Shown here: in pieces, positions 25,496-38,543 of the stretch
How the letters are laid out: each line of letters starts with the position of its first letter
How positions within the stretch are numbered: position 1 is the stretch's first letter
NCBI GenBank assembly: GCA_963920595.1
Contig: OY986950.1
Coordinates: forward strand, 682,001-746,000
Source of the DNA: Eimeria praecox
Taxonomy: Eukaryota
DNA length: 64,000 nt
Reading direction: 5' to 3'
The notes under the pieces: generated by a model
Databases searched by the model: none
The model's input: the letters and a program-made list of their open reading frames with translations, nothing else
What the model was told of the DNA's origin: nothing
Made by a program: the position numbers and the translations under genes

Positions 25496-28400
25496 ATGGC
25501 GGACCAAATGGCGGTACTGCAGCAGTTGCTGCTAGCGACCCTTGACCCTCGGCCGTCCGTGCGGCAGGCAGCAGAACAGCAGTTGACTACAGCGAGACAG
25601 ACGGACCTTGGCCAGTTTGTCAGCTCGATGGCTGCGCTCATTGCCTTGGAACAGCCGCCGCAGGGGCCACAGGGGGCCCCCGGTAGCCTTGAAGATCTTC
25701 TTATAGCCAAGCAGATTGCTGCTGTGACGTTCAAGAATTCCATCAGTGCTAAGGTTAGCCCCTTGTTAGTATCTGTTTCCGGGTGCCGCCGTCTGTTGCG
25801 ACGGCTTGCGTATGCTGCTGCCTCTTGATGCATCGTAGCTTGGTAGTTATTTGTGTCTGTGCTGTTGCTTTCGCGCTGCGGTTTCTCTTGGGGTGTGCAT
25901 CAGAATATTACTGGGGTGGAGGGTCTTTGATTGCGCCATTTGGCGATGCAGCTGATTAACAACCGCTGCGTAAACCAACGTGTAGGTGTGACTACGCTTG
26001 TGTGGCCTGGTGGTGCAGGATATGACGCTAGATGGCGCAGCTGCACAGGCATGGCGGGCACTTCCAGACCAAACGAAATCTGAAATAAAGAAGCAGTTAT
26101 TGGCAGCTTTACAGACGGACTGCACTCAGGTGGGCGAGCACGTGGACCTTTATGACCTCTCTCGTTCTGCCGAAGCCTAAGCATCGGCCTCACTAGTACA
26201 TTCGCCTCCTGGTGTCAGTCTTAGTAGTCGTCCTTTCTTGGTGGTCATGCAAAATGATTTTCGGAGTGGTCGACGGTTTTGCAGCACCTTCAAGAGTTTG
26301 CGCCCGTGTTTTAGGACCTAGCTGCATAGTGGGTATGTTGAGTGTTGCTTTTCAGGTCGGCAACGCAGTCTGCCAGGCTTTGGCGAAGTTGGGGGTTATA
26401 GAGCTGCGATCGTTGGAGTTTGAAGACCTCCTACCTGCACTACAGGACATGGTGCAGCGGGCGGTTTCATGCCAACAACCGCAACAGCAGCAGCAGCTCG
26501 CCAAGGCATGCGGACGCCATGCTCTCACGTGCCTTGCGTATCTGTGTGAAGAACTTGCCGATATTGTTTCAGAAGGGGAAGAGCCTTCAGATGTCCTCTC
26601 TGAAGAAAGATGCAATGTTGTGCTTACAGCTGTCGTTCATGGTTAGTTGAACCCTGCACTGACTATGTTAATGCGCCAGTGTAGCTCGCTGGTTTGGCTA
26701 TACTCGTAAACGGTGTCTGTTTGTGTGTGAGGCGTGAGCCATTTACCTCTCTTAGTTGCAGTGGTTTATGTGCTACGGTTGCAGGGATAAAGGATTCGGA
26801 TCCACAGCTAAAGGTGGCGGCGTTGCGCGCCCTTTACCACGCACTAATTTTCGCCAAGGAAAACTTCAATAGAAAGGTGCCTCTCAATAAGTTGCTGCCT
26901 TTTTGTTGCAGCTCAGGCGTGCAGTGGCAGCAAGCAGCGTGCTGAAGAAGGTTGTGGTAGTTTAAGACGGATGCATTGTAGATAATCCTATAGTTTCTGA
27001 GCAGGGAGGGCAATTAGTTAGTGGATGTTACCTCACCATGGTTGGTGGATGCGACCTCACCATGATTGGCTTTTTGCTCTGTTCGATGCACAGGGAGAGC
27101 GGGACTACATCATCGGTTCGGTAGTGGAGGCTGGCGGCGCGACGAATCCGAGTCCTGTTCAAGTTGCAGCTTTTGAGTGCATAGTGCAAATTGCACAGGA
27201 GTATTACCCTTCCTTAGAAGCGTATATGCCTGCTGTGGGACCAGTAAGTATGGACTGCCTCAGTGTGGCTGAATGCGGGTGGACATATATGGCCCAAACT
27301 GTTTTCAGTTCTACAAGCTCATGGGCTAGACGTGCACAGTTTTAAAGCAGCTGTTTGCATGCATGCGAACATGCCAGCGAACCTCAGCTGTTCGTGAGCG
27401 TCGCATGATTGCGTATCGCTGTGTCATAGTTTACACGCCATACTTCACATTGGATTGTTGAGCATACACAGCCTGGCTTGTGCTAAGAATCAGTCGCATA
27501 AGACTGGGCTGGTTGGTGACCAGCTGTAGGGATTGTGCGTGGCTACATCTGCATTGCCAGTGGCATAAGGTTTTTGCTCGTCATTACCCTCCTCGTAGAG
27601 GTGGGGCTGGTTCCCGAATTGCAGACAGTTTCATGAACTTCACACTCGTGGAAATGGGTTGCGTTGCTACTCAAGATTGTGCAAGAGTGATGGTTGCGCA
27701 AGAAGATTCCAGCCTGTGCTCCCAGTTAGGCTGTTGGCCATTATGAATGTACTGGTCTGTCCCGTCTGGCTCTTCAAGGGCGTATATTTTGCCGCCCCTC
27801 TTCGAGGTCGAATGGTTGGCTGCGCGGTTTTCTACTTACGTTGCGTTCAGCTTACTTGGCATGCACTTAAAGGGTCTGATTCGGCAGTTGTGATTGCCGC
27901 CTTGGAGGTGTGGAATGCGTTGGCCGAGGAGGAGCTTGCAATAATGGAGGGACAGTCAACGCGAAGGAGCCTCCTGAAAATTATGGAGCAAGCCGCACCC
28001 TTCCTCCTTCCCCTTCTCCTTGCACAGCTTCTGAATGCAGCGGAGGATGAGGATGATGACGACAGCTGGACCCCGGCGATGGCCGCCGCAATATGTTTAG
28101 GCCTCTGTGCACAAGTCAGCTGCTTCACCATAATCATTTGACAAACCATAACTTCCCTGTCCTCAAAGGATTACAGAAATGGGGGGGGGGGGGGGGGGAA
28201 GCAGCGGTCGCGTTGAAGCACGGGATGCACCAAGCCATTTTGGACAGTGCAGAATGACTCTGCTAAACACCCACCGGTTGAAGATATGGTTTTGTATTAC
28301 TGTGCATTGGGTGTTTTGCGGTTTGAGTCAGGTGGTGAAAGATGCAATCCTGCCTCCCGTGCTAGAGTTCGTGCAGTTGAACTTTTCATCGACTGAATGG

Positions 28401-31400
28401 CGTCGGCGAGAGGCGTCTCTGTTGGCCCTAGGCTGTGTGATGGAGGGACCAAGCGCAGAGGCAATGGCTCCTTATGTGGCAACTTCATTTCCTATGTTGG
28501 TGAAGGCGGTTGCGTCGGATGCTTCGGTAGCTGTGCGAGACAGCGCAGCATGGACTCTCGGCAAGGCTGCGCAGCAGCATGCACCTATTGTGCTGCGGCA
28601 TCTGTTCCCGCCCGGCGGCGTATCGCCGGCAGGTGCCCCCACCAACAGCAGTGGCGAACTACTACTTGCGATCGTTGAACGTCTTGCTGACCAGCCTAGG
28701 GTGGCAGTGCACATCTGCTGGATGCTCCATGAGCTAGCGGACAACATCAACACGCCCGAGGGCCGAGCGGCTTACCAAGGGACAGCCACTACGCAGCAAG
28801 ATCAAAATCCACTGGACCCGTTCTTCCCCAAACTTTGTGAAGCCCTTTTGAGTGTCTCGGAACGGCCTGACGCTGTAAGTGAGGCCCTCTTCGCTCCTGC
28901 CTCCTCATGCTGGAAATGCTCCTTTTTTGATGAGGGTTGCGTTCAATGCTTATGCTTTCGCAGGACGAGAAGAATTTACGCGAAGCCGCATTTAATTGCA
29001 TGGGGGCGTTAATTAAGAATGCAGGTTAGACCCTGTGGGCTGTTTGCCGCCAAGCTTGAACTTGCCTGTGCTTTATTCCCTACTCGCCCGTCTTCCTGTA
29101 CAGCAATCAATATGCTGTATTTGTCAGTTGCATTGCTAGGTTAAGGCGGATGATTGAGGGTGTGGGTTGGACTTGCAGGAAGTGCGTGCTGGAGCCACCT
29201 TCTCTCTCTTCTTGAACACTTCGCAGGCCAGCTGAGGAAATCTTTTTCATTCGAACAGACAGAGCAGATGAAACAGCGTCAAGGTGAGGGGTCCTCCTGG
29301 CAGCTTTCAATTCCTCCATGGAATGCTCGTTGTTCGCACCTTTTTTGTTGGTGCTGATTGCTTGATTTCGGGTATCTGAGGAAATCTGTGCAAGTACTAT
29401 GCGCGAATAACTGATGGCCACTTGCGAAGAGGACCACATGTTGCATGAATATGCAAGCGGACATAATTTGATCACTCGGTAAATGCAAGCGGTGCGTGGG
29501 CTGTGCTTGCCTGTTCTTGCCTATGCAGGGATGCTGTGTGGTGTCATTCAAATTCTCTGCCTGCGCCTGGGTGACCAAGTGAAGCCCGTCGCTGGAAGCC
29601 TTTGGAGTACGCTGAAGCAGGTGGGCTGGAAGCGTGAAGCGTAGATTTATTGCAGCGCCATCCACTGCCTGTTTGTCTCTATGGCGTGACATCCGCAGAG
29701 ATGCCCTTACCCTATTCAGGCTAGTGCAGTCGTTCCTCAACCGCTTGGTTATTTTAGTGTAGTCTCCCCCGTATGTATTCCTTCTCGTACTCTTTCTTGC
29801 TTTTGTGACTCCAGGTTTTCCAGCGACCTACAAACGGCGTGCAGCCTAACCAGGTTGAAGGCAGCGCCCAGCCTAACAACCCACAGGGGTTTGTTGTCAG
29901 CTCCGAGCCCAGCGTTTGCGATGCGCTGCTTGCGCTGTCTGCCCTTATCAATTCCTCGGGCCCTGCAGTTTCTCCGTTTGCGGGCGAAGTGGCGGACTTG
30001 CTGGTGCTGCAGATGCAGCATCAGTATGAACCCCAAGAGGCAGCACCAGCAGCAACTGCTGCACCCTCTACCACGTCAACAAATGACAGCAGCACCCCAG
30101 ATGAGCTACAGGCTGCGCGCATATGCATAGAACTTGTCGGAGACCTTAGCCGGGCATTGGGGACGGAATTCGGAAGCCTTTCGGTTCCCCTTCTTCACGA
30201 GTTCTACCAGCTGCTCAGAGTATGCCTATTGCAGGGTAGAATCTGTGGTGGAGAGCTCCGTTTGCCTGGTGTCCTGAATGCATCAAGAAGCTTGATTTTC
30301 AGGTTTTTGCTTGCTAGTCCTCAATACTGTCGTATCTTGTCGAGTAAATGCACATGATACTTTTGCGTTTGTTTCATTCTAGGCCCCATCGGTGGACAGG
30401 TCTCTCAAACCAGTTGTCATTGTTGCAGTCGGAGACGTGGCATTGAGTCTGGGGGGTGCCAAGTTTGAGCGTTTCGCCCCGTGGTTGATTGAGCTGCTGG
30501 TACAGGCGGGTGTCACCCCTTATGATGCTGGGCCCCCCAACTGGCAAGTAAGTTACATCCTTAGATATAATGTTGCCCGTAGGCTAGGACTTTCCACGGC
30601 CCTTCTAATCTTCAATTTACGCACGGATTGCACTTCGTTTGTTATGGGAAGGGGTGGTGCCTTTTATTTGTTCCTGTTGTAATGCGGATAGCCAAGTCTA
30701 TTCATTTTGCTTGTCTGTTTCTGCCTGCCTCATAGTTTCTGTCTTCATACTACTTGGGAAGAAAGAGTGTTGGCAGATATCCTGCTGCTGCTGTCTATGC
30801 AAATGGTGTGCGCTTCTGTATTTACGCTTTGCACTATTCTGCGTGCTTGTGGATGCATTGGCAGCTTAATGAGGAGTGGATGTGGTACGTGCACGAGCTC
30901 CGGTCAGCTACTCTTGAGGCTCTGGCCAGCTGCGTGTACGCCTTAAAGGAGGCAAACTTGCAGGAAGTACTGCGCAAAGAAGTCAACGGGATGCTGCAGG
31001 TCGTAAAGGCCGTCGCTGAGGCCCCGACTTGGGTCCATGGCTCAGCCCAGATGGTGCAGCAGGCGCTGGAGCTTACAGGGTGAGGGACATTGGGAGCACG
31101 GTTTCATTTCTTTACCCAGGCGCCCGTGCGCACTTGCATGCATCTGTCCTTCCGAGCCGCCTTGTCTGTATTTCGCTTCCGAACTACATAGGTGTTGCAC
31201 CATAGGGGATTGGTGCAGGAGGGGAGTTCATCGATCTAGGCAGTTGTAGAGTTGTTTTGTTCTTGTGCTTCATGCGATGTACTGGCATCGGGCTGCAACT
31301 CCAGCTTACCCTTGTCTTGCACCTCTGCTCAGGGATCTTTTATCGACATTTGGGCGGACACTGGGAGGTCACTTGCGCGCTGCAAGCTTCGTCGTCCAGC

Positions 31401-31705
31401 TGCAGACTGAAGCCGAGCGTCTGGCAAACGAAGAAGGCAACGCCGCCGTTGGAGCGAAAGCTCAGTGGCTAGCTCAGGTACAGACTGTAGATTAGGTTGT
31501 GCTCCACAGCCAAGAGTCCTTCACAAGCCAAATTCCCCCAGGCCGAAATGGGTGCTTAGGGACGGACGGGCTGAGAGCGGGAATCTTGCAGTGGAAGGTT
31601 CATGCAGGTTTCAGGGTAACTTCGTGCTGTTGCTTTGGGGATAGCGCCCGTTTTTGTGCCAGCGTTGTTTTTGTTTCTTCGCAGTTGCTGAGTCACTACA
31701 GTTGA
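25496..31705 (+). CDS. KPNB1: Importin subunit beta-1 (karyopherin beta), multi-exon HEAT-repeat protein
   Basis: IBN_N start (LLATLDPRPSVRQAAEQQL...KQIAAVTFKNSI), ERDYIIGSVVEA, VAAFECIVQIAQEYY, acidic loop EDEDDDDSWTPAMAAAICL, WRRREASLLALGCVMEGP, VRDSAAWTLGK, LVGDLSRALG, LKPVVIVAVGDVALSLG; final exon LLSHYS* ends at 31705. Confidence 0.95.
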
Positions 31706-33117
31706 GTCAATGGAGAGACGGGCTGCGTAGATTTGAGCTCGCAGCCATGCATAGGGCAGCATCGGGACAGGTTTCAGCTGCAGCAGAGCAACAGCAGCTG
31801 CTGCTGCTTCCGGTTCTGTTGCAGTCTTCACTGCTGCTACAGAGACTGCTTGCCGTCCAAGGGCCCCGCGAGTTCGCGGACTTTTACAGGACGGCTATCA
31901 AACCGCGCACCAGCAACGGAACCTGGAGAGTGGCATCCTGTTCCTAGTTTCTATATGCTGTTCTTTGGTGTCAGTTCCTTGAAGGGCTGGGGAGACGACA
32001 AAGATCCCTGCTGTTGGTTGGTGTCAGTCTACTGAAGGGTTAGGGAGGCAAGAGGGGTGGTTGTATTGACGCCAGGAGATCTGGAAAACGGCCACAGTGC
32101 CTCCCCACTTTTTGTGGAAATTTTGATGTGGTTGCTGCTGCCGATTGCTGCTGTGTCTGCTGCTGCCGATACTTGCTGCTGTTGTTTGAATATTTTCCCC
32201 TTGGGCGTCTGGAGATAGCTGAGGCCAGGCGGCAAGGGGAGACCCTGCAGTGCCACTAAGGTGGTGGCATAGCAGAACGGGTTTTTTCTGCTGCTGTTTG
32301 TGCTGCTGTTCGTGCTGCTGGTGTTAGTGCTGCTGTAAAGGGGTCCCCCGCTAGGGATCCGCTTCTCGTTTTTGCTCTGCATTGGGGAAGTTCGTACTGG
32401 CACGTTTAGAACTTGGGAGGGCTATTAAATTGAAAGGTCTCTTCAGGCTACGTACCGCTGTGGAAGTGTATGAACGTTATGTATCTTTTAGCAAGCTACT
32501 TAGCTGGCTAAGTCCGGTAATTGGCTTGCACGTTCATATCAGCTATTTGACAGGAGATTGGAGCGCTTGGAGCAGTCTCAGTCTCCTGTGGGTAGTTTAG
32601 AGAAAAAACTAGCCAGGGAAATGGGGGTTTGTAGAACAGCTGCAATGTTCTGAGTAGTCTCCAGGGCCATTTCTTTCGAAGTACGCCAGTCGCCTCGTCA
32701 TGACGCGAAGCGACGGGTCTGTCTGGGCTTCTGGACATAGGCAGATTGCCAACAGGTCACTATTTGTTGGCCTGTTGTAGAAATATTTGGCCTTGCGCAA
32801 CAGAGGGACACTAACAATGCACACAGCCAATGCTATAGAAATTGGCACAGGATGAGCCTATTGAATAGGGTGGGCCTAAAAGGCCCTCCACAGGAAGGGC
32901 CCCCAACGGGGGGGCCCCCCACCATGGGGCCCCTTGTGGGGCCTCTGGGTTAGAAGGTACAATTTTTCACTTTTTTGTGTAAAACACAAATACTTAATAG
33001 AAATATTGGGGGGAGAAAGGAAAAAAACGATAGAGATCATTCTAGAGGTCAATGCGGCATACTGCCGGGTGGTTTCGGGTTGAAGGCGCAGATTCTTCTT
33101 AGATCTGAATCTCGGCA

Positions 33118-34997
33118 ATGGCATGCTCTTTTTTAGATAAGCTCACTCGCCGCATTAAAGATTATGGAACGATTCTTTGTGTAGGGGTGGACCCTAACAT
33201 CCCATGCCGTTCCGTTGCGGATCTTTCACCCACTGAACTTCAGCAGGTGTTGGAGGCTTTGCATAAAAAATGCACGCATCTCATTCAGAGGACTTCTGAT
33301 TTCGTGTGCTGCTTTAAACTCAATGTGGCTTTCTTCGAACAGTACGGACCTGGAGGAATGGAGGTACGGTACCCGCTCCAGCGGATTTCTGTCTTCTGCG
33401 TAGCAACTGTTCACTTGCCTCCATTAGTTTGCGGGTGTGTGCATTAAAATGACAAGTAACAGAATGGTTTCTTTCAATTTAGTGTACTGTGCTACGCGGT
33501 TTCTTCTTGCAGAAGAAGGTCAATTCAGCATACGGTTTCGATTGACTTTGCATAGTGGAAGCTGCGTGCTTCGGACCGTTGACTTCGAGCAATTCTGTCG
33601 TTTGTTTGTAATTGTTTGCTCATCCAGGTTTTGAAACAAGTTTGTACGGAGATACCGGAAGATATTCCAGTGATTATTGATGCCAAAAGATCGGCGACAG
33701 GCGAAGCAGCAGAGGCGTACGCCCATGCCTTCTTTTCCATCTACGGCGTGCGTATGGTTGAAGAAACGAACTGTAGTGAATATTGGCAGCACTTCTAACT
33801 ACAGCAGTAGCGTGGATGCCCATTTAGATATCGAGCAAGCATACACTGGCTAGTTAGGCCTGTCTGCGTCCTTTCTGGGCAGTTTCCTACCTAATGCGCT
33901 TTCTCCCCCACACCTGTATAGTTTCAGCTGCATTTCTGTGCGCAACGAAGCACGTTTAGCTATCTGTTTGTGTGCATCAGGCTGACTGCATAACTTTAGA
34001 TCCGTATTTGGGAGAGAATGCACTCGTCCCCTTCCTCAAAAAAAAAGGAAAAGGAATATTCGTCGTCTGCCGAAGTTCAAATCCACGCAGCTCCGATTTA
34101 CAAGGACTCGTTGTTAGCGAGAGCTCGGGGGAAGCGGTGGGGCAGCAGACATCAATGGAACTTTTTATGCGAGTGGCTCACATGTGCGACAGCGTAAAGA
34201 AGCAAAACGGTGAGCGCAAGCGTATTTTTCCCGTGTGCTTTCATCCTTAAAGCCCCACCCTACATGAGACTAAGCAGTTCAAGCTCATTTCTGAAGGGCA
34301 GCAAATATATACTATACATAAGGGGCCACCTGCTTGCAGAACCTGCCTTGACTGAAAATGGAGGCGTCGTTGGCCTAGTTGTGGGTTCGACATACCCTGA
34401 CGACATGAGGAGAATTCGTTCCGTCTTCCCCGATTTATGGTTCTTATCTCCGGGTATCGGCGCGCAGGGCGGGGACCTTGAGGCAACTATTGACGCAGGT
34501 GACACCCTCATTTTGAAATTGTGTTGTGGCTGCCTTGTTTGCCCTGAGCAGGGAATATTCTTTGACTGCCCAGCTGCAAACTTTGGTGCTTAGCACAGTT
34601 GGGGAGAGGGAAATGTAATGGCCGCTAGCCTCTGCGATGTCCAAAAGCATGCTAGTTGCCCACACGTGCCGTTTACTCAATTTCTGCCTACGCATTTACC
34701 AAAAAGATATCTCCAGTGCTGCGCGAATCTTCAGGTCTGCGTAGGGACGGTCTTGGCCTTATCGTTAATGTCGGCCGTGCAATCTCCGAAGCGGAGGTAA
34801 ATGGGTTTATGTAGTTACAATTCACAGTGCGGCACTGCCACCCGGCATAGGGCTAAATAGGCATCTCAGCACTGTGATTTCGCCTCCCTCTTGCTCACCT
34901 TTTTGTTCTTTTTGCCCGACAGGACCCCGGGAGAGCAGCAGAAGCATACCGAAAGGAGATGAATGATCTCATCGCAAAGCTAAGAGCTTCTGCATAG
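33118..34997 (+). CDS. pyrF: Orotidine 5'-phosphate decarboxylase-like protein (Plasmodium/PyrF subclass 2 type) with altered DxKxxD motif; exons about 33118-33363, 33628-33747, 33981-34209, 34339-34498, 34735-34796, 34923-34997
   Basis: [72 protein letters not shown] at 34995-34997. The canonical GDIGxT after DAKR reads SATGEA. Confidence 0.92.
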
Positions 34998-35431
34998 CAT
35001 AGTCTAATTATACATGCGATAAACGCCAGTGCTCAATGCAAAGAAGTGCACATATCCGCGGCCTACCAATTTTGTCAGTGCTCTGGCTGCGAACCTTTTC
35101 GTGTCCTGCCCCCTAGCCCTACTAGGAGCGGTACGACGCTAAACCGACATTTTTAAAATTAAGTATGAAGTCTCCCAAACTAATTGTTCCCGTGATTATT
35201 TCAATACACGGAACCTAAGCGTCCCGTACAAATAAATATTTGTACCCCAAAAGTTTACGAAGCACGCAACCCTCAGCGTAAAAACCAACATAACTCAATT
35301 GTCAGTCCGACAGTTCGCGTGAAAAACACACGCCGCCCCCCCCAACTCCCCAAACGTAAACCCTACACGACCCCGCCTCGGAGTGAGGGTTAAAGCACCC
35401 CAAAGCTGGCCCTTCGGGTTCACGTAGGGAT

Positions 35432-36218
35432 TTAGATGTTGGAAGGATACAAAAAGACACGGACGCGACCTCCGAAGGATTTGGGGGGCAAATTCTTCCT
35501 GAATCGGGCGCGCACGACGCCGCTGTTACCGTGGGGGCGGCAGATCTTCCCCCAGATGGTCTGCAAATAACAGGACAGGAAGACACTCTGTGTAGTAATC
35601 ACGATACGCCGGTAGCTAGGCATACTTCCTGTGCACCATTCCCAGCTGCAGCGACAAGTAGCACATCCCTGAAAAGTGAAGGGAGGTCGTACCCTGAACT
35701 TGCTTCCCTGCTTCTCTGTCTTCGCCTTGTATACGTATGCCACGCGCTTGCCCAGGTAAAACTCTGTGTCCTTCCTGGTCTTCACATTTTCCAACTGCAA
35801 CAGAGAGCGTGCCGGATTCTGGTTGACCTTGGACCTGAAGCACAAGACCTAAACCCTAAACAAGAATAGTCAATGGCAACTAAGTGCAAATTCAAAGCCG
35901 GCCCCCCCTCACACCCAAGATGAGGCGTAAATCAAATCTGCAGCAAATAGGAAGGCACGTGACCTAAGCGGAGAAACATATGCGCATATTCTTTCTTGCC
36001 AAAACGGGGCTAACGTTGCTGAAGACCCAGAGTTGGATAGGCCAAGAAAGTGAGGGTAGATAGCCTTTGCTGAATACAAGAAAAAGCAAACAGGAAAGAA
36101 ATAAGTGAGGGAAGATCCCTCACCGTTGATAGCCGAGTACAATGCCTCGGACATACAGCCGAACCGGCTGCTTAGTGCCCTTTACTGGGCGGTTCTTCTG
36201 GGTGGCCGCTGCCGCCAT
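35432..36218 (-). CDS. RPL35A: 60S ribosomal protein L35a (eL33); exons 36218-36124, 35834-35693, 35560-35432
   Basis: [74 protein letters not shown]. Confidence 0.97.
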
Positions 36219-36659
36219 CTTTCTTGATTGGGAGATTGCAGATGTTCCTGTTATACAGGTGGAAAAAACTGCACAAGTCCCGTGAAACACAAAAAGGGCC
36301 CCAAGGTGCAGGAGAAGAAGAGAAGGCGAGAGAGCATGCTCTGAGCCTGCAGCCCTAGCAGCGTGGGGATAGGGAATGCAACAGCAGCACCCCACTTGTG
36401 TTCTTCTTTGTTAATGAATTTTGGGGCTGCAGCCGAACGCTGTGCAAAGCCGTAGACCGGCAGCCGCAGTGGGGCAGCCAGCAGGCGCGCCAGAGCACCC
36501 ACCGCAAAGTGGGGCTGGCGTTGCCTAAAGCCCGACGGTGTTTTATGTGGGGAATAATGGCCGATGCTGGCTTTTGGAGAGACGCACTTTCGAGTTGTGG
36601 CGGTATTTAGGATTTATTATTCCTAACTTATACCTCCTTTTTCCTCTGTAGCCACCAGC
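36219..36659. promoter_or_regulatory. Compact bidirectional promoter and 5'UTRs shared by RPL35A and RPS20
   Basis: 441 bp between divergent ATGs. Polypyrimidine/AG acceptor-like sites lie just upstream of both ATGs (36649-36651 on +, 36248-36250 on -), with a GC-rich core at about 36420-36540. Confidence 0.6.
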
Positions 36660-37614
36660 ATGAGCAAGGCGCTCAAGGAGGGTTTGGAGGGGGAGGAGCA
36701 GCGGCTCCATAGGATAAGGATCACGCTCACCTCGAAGGATTTGAAGTCCATCGAGCGTGGTGAGGAATTAAAATAATTAAAATGCTCCTTCCTCAGCTAG
36801 AGCTTCGCAGCAGATCGGCTCGTCTTCAACATGCGCAGCTGTGGAGACGTATATTATCATGCACCTGCGAGACACATGAATCCTTTTGCCTTTCCTTCCT
36901 TCCTTCCCAAATACTGAGGCAGCATGCACTCGATAATACAGCATTCTTCAGCTCTCTCATTCAAGGACGTGGGAGGGGAGGCTTGGGATCCTCGTTTCCT
37001 CTTCAAATGCTGTACATTGTTATGAGCCGGCGCGTGTTCAGTTGACAAGCGGATCGGAGCATTTTCCTCGTACAGCAGAGAGCTTTAACTCAAGTTGATG
37101 CGTTAGTGTGCAGGGTTCCCGTTTGTGGCTTTTTTCTGATTGTTGCTGGGGCAGTTTGGCTCCATTCTGCTTATAGCTTCTTTTTCTTCTGGTTTCTGCT
37201 GTCGATGCGCAGTTTGCACGGAGCTGATTGGAGCGGCAAAACAGAGAAGGCTGCAGACAAATGGGCCAGTACGCCTACCTGTCAAGACCCTGCGGGTCAC
37301 CACTAGAAAATCGCCGTGTGGGGAGGGTGAGGCTGCCATGCACAGGACATGCCGCGCCATGACGTGAAAGTATCCACCACATTTCGCAGCAGTTATGCCT
37401 TCGTAGTGCGCTTTAAGGTGTCTGCGTATAAAGCCATTCTAGGTTGCCTTTACATTATCCCATGTGCTCAGGAACGAACACGTACGACAGGTTCGAGCTG
37501 CGCATTTACAAGCGTTTGATCGACTTGCACTCTGCAAGCGACGTCGTTCGTCAGATCACGTCGATTAACATCGACCCTGGTGTTGAGGTGGAGGTTACTG
37601 TGTCCAACATATAA
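36660..37614 (+). CDS. RPS20: 40S ribosomal protein S20 (uS10); exons about 36660-36759, 37213-37326, 37472-37614 (absent from ORF track)
   Basis: [90 protein letters not shown]. Confidence 0.97.
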
Positions 37615-38543
37615 TCAGGCACGCATCTGTGGACCACGTGGCATATGGCCACCAGGCCGCGCCGCATGGTCCTAACCCTCAAAACTCGAGTCTTCTAATT
37701 TGTACTTTTCTTTTCTATACAATTGTGCAGTCTATAGAGCCCCAGGGCGATTCCTTAGTTAAGAGCAACGCTGGCACTACAGCGCTTGCAGGGCAGACAG
37801 GACAATTCCACCTGGTTGTGCAGCCCGCGCGGAATGCTGTGAACAAGTAGTGCTTACAACCAATGACACGTGCAGGCTACAGGTTTAAGTCCTAAATGAC
37901 ACAGCAAGGGCTTTGAGCCCACATCGGGATTTCAGTCTAGCCGACACGAAAACGCGTGCATCCCCAACCGCCCCTCTTAACGGGGCTTCGAGTTTTAGTG
38001 CAAAAAGACTGTAGTGACCCCGCAGACGACAACAGTTGACTGGGAGCCGCGAGTCGAGGTTCGCAAGAGGTGTGTGTGGTTGGCCATGATGTAAGGCTGT
38101 AAATGGCAGCTGGAACTGGTGTTGCAGCATCAGCCTTGGCAACCCATAGTTCTTCCCTCTTGTCAAAAAGTCCGGAGGTGTGCAGTCTTCGCCGCCTGGC
38201 TATCCCGTGGCAGCCTAGGCGCAAGGCTAACACAGCAACTTTGTACAGTAAAAGTAAAGGTCGCCTGCTTAGGGATAACGCCGCTCCCCACCCGCCGGGT
38301 TGCAGCAACTGATAGCGTAACACTGCGACAAGAGCAACCGCTTACGTCCCGGACAGGCTTACTTAGGAGCTAAGCCTCTCTCCACCCGCCCGGAGATTCC
38401 CCCATTCTTCACACATTCAAGAAATACGCCAGGATCACAGGAAGGCATCTCTTTACAAAACCTTGGCTTTTGGCAGTTCGAGGCACCACGTCAGGCGCCC
38501 TGCGTCCTTTAACACATTCCAGACAGCAACTAGGGATGTGACT

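Noticed and set aside
28181..28198. Poly-G run (also 62251-62264) and the MGGGGGG ORF start
   Set aside because: Intronic homopolymers; the true importin exon begins at the acceptor near 28331.
37090..37145. Possible box C/D snoRNA in RPS20 intron 1 (TTGATGC...CTGA)
   Set aside because: Imperfect box C, only about 50 nt, and no identifiable rRNA guide.
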